The notes beneath the pieces are model-generated. The model saw nothing but the letters and a program-made list of their open reading frames with translations. It was not told the DNA's origin and made no database searches. Of a stretch of 64,000 nucleotides of DNA, positions 28,079-35,738 are shown one piece after another. A program made the translations under genes and the position numbers. The stretch covers positions 43,135-107,134 of IMG/VR virus record IMGVR_UViG_3300009155_000048; one strand, written 5' to 3'. This DNA comes from a virus. Numbering within the stretch: the stretch's first letter is position 1; each line of letters starts with the position of its first letter.

Positions 28079-28585
28079 ATGTATAAAAGACTAGTTTGCT
28101 TTGACTTTGATGGTACCTTAATTCATACACCTACTCCCGAGGCTGGTAAACCAGAATGGGAAAAACAAACCGGCCTTTCCTGGCAAGGTAGAGGATGGTG
28201 GGGTAATCCAGAATCACTTAATTTAAATGTATTCCAACCACCTGTAAATCAATGGGTATATAATCACTACCTAAAAGAAACATCTGATCCAGATGCTTAT
28301 GTCTTTTTAGCAACTGGTCGTTTATCTAAACTTGAAAAACAAGTGCTGGATGTATTGAAACTACACGATATTAAATTTGATGATGTTTTTTGCAACACCG
28401 GTGGTGAGACATTTAAATTCAAGTGTTGGTTATTTGAAAGAATAATCAAACAAAATCCACACGCTACTGAATTCACAATGTATGATGATCGTCACGAGCA
28501 TTTGAAAGAATTTATACATTGGGCTAAACAACAACCTATCAAAGTAAATATTATTGATGTTGTAAACAAAAAGCAAATTTTTTAA
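28079..28585 (+). CDS. HAD phosphatase, Swiss-Army-Knife RNA-repair type (HAD_SAK-like)
   Basis: FDFDGTLIHTP, WWGNPESL, LATGR, MYDDRHEH; TATCTTTG at 28025-28032. Confidence 0.8.
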   Translation: MYKRLVCFDFDGTLIHTPTPEAGKPEWEKQTGLSWQGRGWWGNPESLNLNVFQPPVNQWVYNHYLKETSDPDAYVFLATGRLSKLEKQVLDVLKLHDIKFDDVFCNTGGETFKFKCWLFERIIKQNPHATEFTMYDDRHEHLKEFIHWAKQQPIKVNIIDVVNKKQIF

Positions 28586-28597
28586 TATATACACATT

Positions 28598-28879
28598 ATG
28601 GCAACAATTACAAAAGAACAAGTAAGTGTACAAATAGAAGATATATTAGGACAACCTTATATACTAATGTTACACAATGATGATCACAACACATTTGATT
28701 GGGTAATCGAATGTCTTATAAAAGTCTGTAAACATGACTTTGAACAGGCCTCACAATGTGCCCACTTAGTACATTTCACCGGTAAATGTGATGTTAAAAG
28801 AGGAGACCAAGAAACTATACAGAAAATGTATAACAAGCTTAAATCAGCCGGTCTTTCAGCAACTATTGAGGAAGCTTAA
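28598..28879 (+). CDS. clpS: Clp protease adaptor ClpS
   Basis: LHNDDHNTFDWVIECL...QC..LVHFTGKCDVK. Confidence 0.9.
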   Translation: MATITKEQVSVQIEDILGQPYILMLHNDDHNTFDWVIECLIKVCKHDFEQASQCAHLVHFTGKCDVKRGDQETIQKMYNKLKSAGLSATIEEA

Positions 28880-28888
28880 TAATTAAAA

Positions 28889-28922
28889 AAAAATTGAATA
28901 AAATTTTTTTTATTCAATTTTT
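28889..28922 (+). terminator. Probable intrinsic terminator
   Basis: aaaaattgaataaaa...ttttattcaattttt. Confidence 0.55.
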
Positions 28923-28939
28923 CTTTCTATATTTGTTAT

Positions 28940-29368
28940 ATGAAACATAACAAGTTATACTTAATCAAAACTCTTTCTGTTAAGAAAGGAGTAAATCTAA
29001 CTGATGATTTACAAGAAATGATTCTTACTAAAATTGCTAATGTTTTAGATAAGAATGATGATAAAGACATGATTGTTGAATCAATTGATGATAAAGAATT
29101 TATGTTTTTCAGACTTTCCTATATGAAAGTAATGAGAATCTGTAGTATCCTTGAATCATATATCAACTACTCAGTTGATGAAATCAGCGATAAAGTTATT
29201 CTTGGTGATGTAGATGAATATGATTTCATCATTGATAATGATGATTTATCTAAGTTTTTTAATTCTTTCCGATTGGATAATGCTAGTGTGGATGATATTT
29301 TAGATAAAATTTTAGATAAAGGAATCAACTCTTTGGATGAAATTGATAAGTTAATCCTTGTGAAATAA
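28940..29368 (+). CDS. Early hypothetical protein with C-terminal DUF6576-like motif
   Basis: VDDILDKILDKGINSLDEIDKLIL; TATATTTG at 28928-28935. Confidence 0.75.
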   Translation: MKHNKLYLIKTLSVKKGVNLTDDLQEMILTKIANVLDKNDDKDMIVESIDDKEFMFFRLSYMKVMRICSILESYINYSVDEISDKVILGDVDEYDFIIDNDDLSKFFNSFRLDNASVDDILDKILDKGINSLDEIDKLILVK

Positions 29369-29398
29369 AAAAAAGACAACCAATTGGTTGTCTTTTTT
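29369..29398. terminator. Bidirectional intrinsic terminator
   Basis: aaaaaagacaaccaattggttgtctttttt. Confidence 0.85.
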
Positions 29399-29419
29399 AT
29401 TTTAGTAAACTTTTTTAAA

Positions 29420-29791
29420 TTATCCTAATGGATTAGCAGTTCTGTGAGATGCCCCACTAGCCAACGCTTGGAAGCCAGTAACACCTGTTTTGTAAATTAC
29501 ATAAATACCACCACTTCTACTGGATTGTACTCTTAATCCACCCTTAAAGTTATCTTCTTCTGCTTTTTCAATTAAGCTTTTCTTGGAAGCTTCCCAGTTT
29601 TTAGATTGTGGGTATTCATCTGGTTCAGCCATCAATTCTTTTTCGGCTTCTTCTAAAGCAACCATAAATTTATCTTTTGCTTCATCTTTTGCTGCACTAG
29701 ATTCATGTCCAGTGAAGAACTTCTTAACACCACCTAAGATTTCTTCTTCTTCATTGATTGAGAAGCTTTCAAATGTTTTTAAATGTTTCAT
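29420..29791 (-). CDS. Late protein with MKHLKTFESFSINE tag, candidate internal head protein
   Basis: Tag plus bipartite late promoter at 29820-29854. Confidence 0.8.
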   Translation of the reverse strand: MKHLKTFESFSINEEEEILGGVKKFFTGHESSAAKDEAKDKFMVALEEAEKELMAEPDEYPQSKNWEASKKSLIEKAEEDNFKGGLRVQSSRSGGIYVIYKTGVTGFQALASGASHRTANPLG

Positions 29792-29838
29792 ATTCCTATG
29801 TTATTTTTTTTGTTTATTATATATATTAAATAAAAAAA

Positions 29839-30285
29839 CTACTTTTTTCTCACTTTATATTCTGGATTATTAGCAATTCCAGATTTAGTCTTACTACCCC
29901 ACCATCTACAGAAATATCTAATAGCAATATCAACGCCATTAAACTTCATTTGACCAGTAGCATATGGTTGTTCTTCTTGTCCTTCTATCTTTTCAGGTTG
30001 TTTATACTTATTTTGGTCTTTAGACACCTCACTATCATAATAGTAAAAAGTTAAAATCCATTTGAATTTTTCTTCCTCTGGATTTAACTTAATTTTACCA
30101 ACTAACTTTTTATGTTCATCAAGAATATCAATTTCTTGTTCAGAGTCATACATCTTAGTAGATAATTTGTAAATATTTAAATACTTTTGATAGATAGTAC
30201 TAAACTTTTTAGTAGGAGTAAAAGCTTTCTTTATCTTAGAAAAGAATCCCTCATTAAATTGCTCAAAGTTTTTAATATTTTTCAT
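29839..30285 (-). CDS. Late protein with MKNIKNFEQFNE tag
   Basis: ATG 30285 lies 4 nt after TAATATATA. Confidence 0.8.
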   Translation of the reverse strand: MKNIKNFEQFNEGFFSKIKKAFTPTKKFSTIYQKYLNIYKLSTKMYDSEQEIDILDEHKKLVGKIKLNPEEEKFKWILTFYYYDSEVSKDQNKYKQPEKIEGQEEQPYATGQMKFNGVDIAIRYFCRWWGSKTKSGIANNPEYKVRKK

Positions 30286-30295
30286 ATAGTATATA

Positions 30296-32443
30296 TTAAA
30301 TTCCAAACCAATTTTTACCGCCACCATTCTGATTTTTGTATTGACTCATAAACTTTCTTTGTCTATTAACATTTATAATAGAAGAATAATCAATACCATC
30401 TTTGTGATCTCCTCTTTTAAGTATTTCTTTCCAAGAATTTAATGTACCAGAATCAACAATTTTTGATGCACAATCTTCTATCATTTCTCTAAAATCATAT
30501 TTAGAAAAAACACTAGCAGCATTAACCAAGGTCATCACCGTATCATCATGTCCAATATCAGCAGCATATCTAATATTACCAGATGATGTTATGTGTTTAA
30601 CAAATGTTGTTATCTCTCTAATATTATTTTCATTTGTTATGATGAAATTCTTTTTATCCATTGCATCTTGATAATCTTTTACCAACATATTCTTATTTTC
30701 ACCAACCTTTAATCCAACTCTTTCTTCTGTAGAATCAGCTCTATGTTTATATCTAAAGAAAACACTAGATCCATAATTATTATTTCCATCAAATACATAA
30801 GGTAAGTGAGCCAAGAATTCATTACCATAGTTATTTAACTCTAAAACAACCTTAAAGTTCTCATAGTTAAAGTACTCAAATAATAATGTGTAGAATAGTT
30901 CAGCTAATTGCTTAACTGAAACAAAATTAGACCTGTAAATAGCAATTTGCTCTAAACAAAAGAAATCAGATAGTTGTGTATAATTACCTTGTTGTATTTC
31001 AACAGTTTCTTGTGATTTTGGTGATATTTTAAATATATTAATAATTGAATAGTCTTGACCTAATCCTTCCGATATATCCACAGATATAACACCTTTAGCT
31101 GAGTTTCTCATAATTGGACTAAAAACATCATCATCATCAACCCAGTGTAAGTCATCATAAGAAAATTTAAGACGTTTTGTTAATTCTGGTATTTCCTCAT
31201 ATACATAGTTCTTTTTATTATTAAGTAATTGTTCAATTAAATTCTCACTAAGTAAAGATCTGGTAGCGTTAACAAATCTCAATCCATACTCTTGATTGAA
31301 TGCGTCTTCACCACCAATATCTTTGATAGCTTCTTCTTTCCAAGTTGTTACTTCTGACACCGCGTAAATTGGAAGTTCCATATCATCTTCTTTAACTATT
31401 TGAAACTCTTTAACTATTTTATCAGTACAAGCATCATTATTGTAGATATAAATAACATCTTTAATTAAATCTGGTATGAACTTCATCTCAACCTTAGTGT
31501 GTTCACCAAATTGTCTCTGAACCTGTTCAAAAATATATTCTTTTGTCAACCCATGTTCATACATTTTATGGTTATTTAATCTAAAGAATGTAACAAAACG
31601 ACCAGGAACCTGATGCCAATAAACTCTCATTGGCTTATAGTTATTCTTCAATGGATCTCCATCCGGTCTTTCAGCATCACTTAGTAACCTATAAAATAGA
31701 TTCATACCATTTGGGGTTGAAGTAATTACAATCTTAGAGTTCTCAATCGCAGAAACAGTTGGAAAGGCAGCAGTATAGTAAGGTTCGATGATATTACTCG
31801 GAATATGAGCAAACTCATCAAGATATAAGAAGTCAATAGTAAAACCAATCGCAGGAGTCTTACTTCGAGCTGATGATTTAATTCTACAACCATTATCAAA
31901 AATCATTGATTGTTGGTTTAGATTCTTAATACCAGCCTTTAGAAAGAAAGGTAATTGTGCATATATGTTTCTTATCTTATCAATAATCTCAATTGTAGTA
32001 CCTCTAATATTAGCAACAATCATAATATTCTTATCATTATTAAATGTAATGAAGTGTAACATTGTGATAGCAGCATTGATAGTTTTACCAATCTGACGAG
32101 ATCCACATAATATTGAAAATCTATTTTTAGTGTATAGGTCTAAAATATCCCTCTGATAATCTCTTAATTTGATATTCTGAACAGAACCATCTTCTGTTTT
32201 AATTCTACAGTATTTTTCGGCAAAGTATTGAATATCTAATTTACACTTGATGTACTCTTGGATTTCATCCTCGGTCATCATAAATGTTATACCAGCTCTT
32301 CGGTAACCAATTTCATTCTTAAACCAAGGATTCTGAAAACGCTTTACAACAACACCATCATTGATTTTCTCAGTTATATCATCAATTAGTTTACTAGTAA
32401 AAACAAATTTCTTTTCCTCGGTTGGTTTTTTAGCAACTGCCAT
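30296..32443 (-). CDS. Terminase large subunit (T4 gp17-like)
   Basis: LRDYQ, SRQIGKT, YLDEFAH, ITSTPNG, SVDISEG, HDDTVM. Confidence 0.95.
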   Translation of the reverse strand: MAVAKKPTEEKKFVFTSKLIDDITEKINDGVVVKRFQNPWFKNEIGYRRAGITFMMTEDEIQEYIKCKLDIQYFAEKYCRIKTEDGSVQNIKLRDYQRDILDLYTKNRFSILCGSRQIGKTINAAITMLHFITFNNDKNIMIVANIRGTTIEIIDKIRNIYAQLPFFLKAGIKNLNQQSMIFDNGCRIKSSARSKTPAIGFTIDFLYLDEFAHIPSNIIEPYYTAAFPTVSAIENSKIVITSTPNGMNLFYRLLSDAERPDGDPLKNNYKPMRVYWHQVPGRFVTFFRLNNHKMYEHGLTKEYIFEQVQRQFGEHTKVEMKFIPDLIKDVIYIYNNDACTDKIVKEFQIVKEDDMELPIYAVSEVTTWKEEAIKDIGGEDAFNQEYGLRFVNATRSLLSENLIEQLLNNKKNYVYEEIPELTKRLKFSYDDLHWVDDDDVFSPIMRNSAKGVISVDISEGLGQDYSIINIFKISPKSQETVEIQQGNYTQLSDFFCLEQIAIYRSNFVSVKQLAELFYTLLFEYFNYENFKVVLELNNYGNEFLAHLPYVFDGNNNYGSSVFFRYKHRADSTEERVGLKVGENKNMLVKDYQDAMDKKNFIITNENNIREITTFVKHITSSGNIRYAADIGHDDTVMTLVNAASVFSKYDFREMIEDCASKIVDSGTLNSWKEILKRGDHKDGIDYSSIINVNRQRKFMSQYKNQNGGGKNWFGI

Positions 32444-32490
32444 AAGGAGTTAATATTTTTCAATATATATAAGAAACATTACTTTCCTAT

Positions 32491-33111
32491 ATGAGTAAGA
32501 AAGAAGAAAAGATAAATGACCTTCAAAATGAATTCAATAGAATTCAAGAAGAAAATAAAGATTTAGATGTTAGTAAATATCTAGCAAAGAAAGAAGATTT
32601 ACCAGATTTAGGTGAAATTCAAATCTATGATTATGATTCCGACTTAGAAGATTCTCAGAAATTAGCATCCGAAGTTATGGAATCTTTAGTTGACCTATAT
32701 TTAGGAGATAATCCAAGTATTGCACATCATGATTATGTTGTTAAGAAAATGAAGGAAGATGCTCAAGTATATGCAGATACTCTTTTTCTACAAAAGATGA
32801 CAAGAAAGAATCTACTAACACAAATGAGACAAGTAGATAATGGTGACACATCAGCAAGAATGCACGAGGTGATAAATCAATCATTCTCTCAAATGAGAGA
32901 TAACATTAAATTCTCACAAACACAAAAAACTGAACTAGAAAAGTTTTATAAAGAAATGAGAAGAGATTTAGGTCTTAATGAGATATCGGAGTCAATGGAA
33001 CAAAAGAATATTGAACAACAAACCGAAGATGTTAAAGAAGAAGGTAAAATTGTTGATTCTAGAAGTTTGAATAATATGATTGATTCATACTTAAAGAACA
33101 AGAAAGATTAA
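32491..33111 (+). CDS. Probable terminase small subunit (gp16-like)
   Basis: DTSARMHEV resembles gp16 SPRxxEV; helical; divergent from the large subunit. Confidence 0.55.
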   Translation: MSKKEEKINDLQNEFNRIQEENKDLDVSKYLAKKEDLPDLGEIQIYDYDSDLEDSQKLASEVMESLVDLYLGDNPSIAHHDYVVKKMKEDAQVYADTLFLQKMTRKNLLTQMRQVDNGDTSARMHEVINQSFSQMRDNIKFSQTQKTELEKFYKEMRRDLGLNEISESMEQKNIEQQTEDVKEEGKIVDSRSLNNMIDSYLKNKKD

Positions 33112-33959
33112 AGTAACTTTCTAAATGACTCAAATGTTTTGATTAAGGTAGATAGTGATAATATTACCTTTTTAGTTTCTGTTTTATTGTAATGGTTATC
33201 ATTAATCTTATTAACAAGCAAAACTGGCTTATAGTCAATAATATTCTCTTTAATGACATCTTTAAGTCCTCTATCAGTATTTGATAATAAAACTTCTAAA
33301 AGACCATTGATATCATCAGTTACTTTTAATGTATCATAATTATTATCATAGAATGAAACTTGGTCATATCTAGTTATCTCTTCATCAATGAATTTATTAC
33401 CTTCTGTTTTATATCCAATCAAATGTTGTAATAATAATCTCATCTTTTTGAAATTAACTTCATCTTTATCTATATTAGAGAAGTTATCAGATATAAAGTA
33501 AAAATTCTTAATTTTAAGACCTTGTTCTTTTAATTTTTCTTCTAAATTATCAATAAGAGTTTGATAATTTCTTTTTGTTTGTTTAGAACAGATAATATAA
33601 ATATCATCAGTTTTATTTTTTAATTCAGATACAACTGATAAATTTAACTCAAAGTTCATTTCATCAATGATATCTTTATTGAGAAACTCTTGTAAACTAA
33701 TAGCCAAATTACTAAATTCAGTTTTATATGTTTTTGCTTTAATCTTTAATTTATTAACTAATTCGGTAGGTAACCAAAATGTTTTACCATTAAATTCTAT
33801 TTTATTACCTTGTTTTCTATAAATACCACTTTGTATAAGATTAAAATCGGATTTAGATATTTTTAAAATAGGAATGTTAGGATTATTTTTATCAACAATC
33901 CAGGCTTGATTTTCAAACTTAATTAATGTGTCTATATCAAAAAAATGTGATTTCACCAT
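33108..33959 (-). CDS. Degenerate HAD-fold protein
   Basis: HFFDIDTL, IYIICSK, VSFYDN; ends in LIKTFESF. Confidence 0.55.
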   Translation of the reverse strand: MVKSHFFDIDTLIKFENQAWIVDKNNPNIPILKISKSDFNLIQSGIYRKQGNKIEFNGKTFWLPTELVNKLKIKAKTYKTEFSNLAISLQEFLNKDIIDEMNFELNLSVVSELKNKTDDIYIICSKQTKRNYQTLIDNLEEKLKEQGLKIKNFYFISDNFSNIDKDEVNFKKMRLLLQHLIGYKTEGNKFIDEEITRYDQVSFYDNNYDTLKVTDDINGLLEVLLSNTDRGLKDVIKENIIDYKPVLLVNKINDNHYNKTETKKVILSLSTLIKTFESFRKLL

Positions 33960-34180
33960 AATTTTTTATTTTCTCCTGCTCTTTGTACATTGATAGAAAT
34001 AGGATGTGCCTGACCATCAAATCTACTTCCCTCATATGTTTTATCTACCCAAGTCACCCCACCAGATAATTCACCATCAAAGCTTCTACACTTTGGACAA
34101 TACTTAGGCGCTTCTTCTTCCATATAAATAAAAGTTCCTCTGCACCAAGGACTTTGGCAAATTGCTTTTTTTTCTTCCAT
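33953..34180 (-). CDS. Small zinc-ribbon protein
   Basis: CQSPWC and CPKC; late promoter 5 nt upstream. Confidence 0.75.
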   Translation of the reverse strand: MEEKKAICQSPWCRGTFIYMEEEAPKYCPKCRSFDGELSGGVTWVDKTYEGSRFDGQAHPISINVQRAGENKKLW

Positions 34181-34197
34181 AGTAGTATATATTAAAT

Positions 34198-34226
34198 AAA
34201 AAACCCACCGTTTTGGTGGGTTTTTT
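34198..34226 (-). terminator. Intrinsic terminator
   Basis: aaaaaacccacc-gtttt-ggtgggtttttt. Confidence 0.8.
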
Positions 34227-34230
34227 ATTT

Positions 34231-34683
34231 TTATTTTATATATCCTTGACTTAGCGCAAATTCATATAGAACTGGTAAGTTTAGATACCTCATAAATCCA
34301 TTTTTAATATCCTCTAATGTTTTTGATTTTTTTAATATAGACATAATCATGAAACCAAATTCCTCTTGGAATTGCAAGTCACATTCTGACCAAGGTCTAT
34401 TATAGTTTTGCAACGTCACCCATTCATTATCACCACCGGTTAACCAATATAAAGCTCTTCTAGGTTCTACTGTAGAAAAATCAAGTGGTAATTCTTTTTT
34501 CCAGATGGATTCATCCAAATTTGGATTTCTCATCATGATAGAAACAGCTTCTGCAATATCGGTGGTAATTTCATTACCAACCTCAAAAAACAATTCGCCG
34601 TTTACTTCTTTGCTGATTCTCACAAAGTTAGATTCTGTTAGTATTCTAACATTGTTATTTTTTGTGAAACGTTTTTTTCTCAT
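34231..34683 (-). CDS. Hypothetical protein
   Basis: ORF in an apparent operon with 34701..34994. Confidence 0.75.
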   Translation of the reverse strand: MRKKRFTKNNNVRILTESNFVRISKEVNGELFFEVGNEITTDIAEAVSIMMRNPNLDESIWKKELPLDFSTVEPRRALYWLTGGDNEWVTLQNYNRPWSECDLQFQEEFGFMIMSILKKSKTLEDIKNGFMRYLNLPVLYEFALSQGYIK

Positions 34684-34700
34684 AAAAGAAAAATGATTTT

Positions 34701-34994
34701 TTATATCTCAATCAAATTTATTCCACTGACAAACTTTCCTTTGAATGTTCCTCCCTCAAAGATTCCATTCTGAAAAGTTCCGTAGAACTCACCACTTTTA
34801 AAAATACCATAGTGCCAGTTACCAGAGTAGTAACTACCACCATACCAAATTAAAGTGTTGTTTTTGATTTCGATTTGTGCATCCTCTACTTCCGAATCAA
34901 TTAACCAATGAAAGTTTTCTTTCTCAAGGATGTTTAAGATTTTATTTTGATTTACTATCTTATTTTCATTATAAATCAGCTCATTAAAACGCAT
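34701..34994 (-). CDS. Small protein with Gx(F/W/Y) pentapeptide-like repeats
   Basis: GNWHYGIFKSGEFYGTFQNGIFEGGTFKGKF. Confidence 0.75.
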   Translation of the reverse strand: MRFNELIYNENKIVNQNKILNILEKENFHWLIDSEVEDAQIEIKNNTLIWYGGSYYSGNWHYGIFKSGEFYGTFQNGIFEGGTFKGKFVSGINLIEI

Positions 34995-35102
34995 ATTCTC
35001 TTATTAATTTAAATCATTATTACTTATTTATATATTTGATTGAAATCTCAACAAAACATCTATATCTAGAAATTTTGAGATTTTTTATGATTTAGCATAA
35101 AA

Positions 35103-35128
35103 AAACCCACCAAGTTATTGGTGGGTTT
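35103..35128 (-). terminator. Intrinsic terminator
   Basis: aaacccaccaa-gtta-ttggtgggttt. Confidence 0.8.
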
Positions 35129-35144
35129 GATAAGTAATTTTTTA

Positions 35145-35537
35145 TTAACTATTAGACTGACTTTTTAAGAAAGCTTTTTCTTTTCTTGTAAGAGATTCCA
35201 TACCAGAAGTACTGATTTTCTCAAGAACAGTATCTACATCCATATCAGAAAAGTCATAAAATTTAGTAAATGTGATTGGCTTCATTGAAGCAAAGTATTC
35301 AGCAAGTTCATCAACATAAATAACTTCTGTTGTTCCTTTGTTAATATAGGCAATTATGTTGAATCTTGTAGAGTCACAGAAAAGAAAATCGGCTGTCTTT
35401 TTCATTTCCATAAGTTTTTTACCAGAAAACTTACTAACAGGAATACCATTATCATCACGAAGTCTTTCAAAATCAACAACAGAATTACACATTCTCAAGT
35501 CAATTTTGATGTATTTGTTATCGAAGTATTTAGACAT
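35145..35537 (-). CDS. Early protein with C-terminal DUF6576-like motif
   Basis: VDTVLEKISTSGMESLTRKEKAFL; start MSKYFDN at 35537. Confidence 0.8.
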   Translation of the reverse strand: MSKYFDNKYIKIDLRMCNSVVDFERLRDDNGIPVSKFSGKKLMEMKKTADFLFCDSTRFNIIAYINKGTTEVIYVDELAEYFASMKPITFTKFYDFSDMDVDTVLEKISTSGMESLTRKEKAFLKSQSNS

Positions 35538-35567
35538 TTTATTAAATATTAGATTGTGATTGTTTAT

Positions 35568-35670
35568 CAAAGATATGGAATAATTATTGAAATACAAAAT
35601 TATTTTTACTATTTATTACTATTCTATCAATTGATAAACAAATATACGGAATAATTATTAGATTATCAAA
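35568..35670 (-). promoter_or_regulatory. Two tandem consensus Bacteroidota sigma70 promoters
   Basis: TTTG-N20-TATATTTG (35670-35639) and TTTG-N19-TATCTTTG (35598-35568). Confidence 0.8.
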
Positions 35671-35738
35671 CTTTATCAGTATTTAAGATTTTCCGGTGAT
35701 ATAAAATTAATATATAAGTAAAATTTTAGGCTTAAATT

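Noticed and set aside
31343-31597. Intein in the terminase
   Set aside because: No N-terminal Cys/Ser, no His-Asn end, and too short
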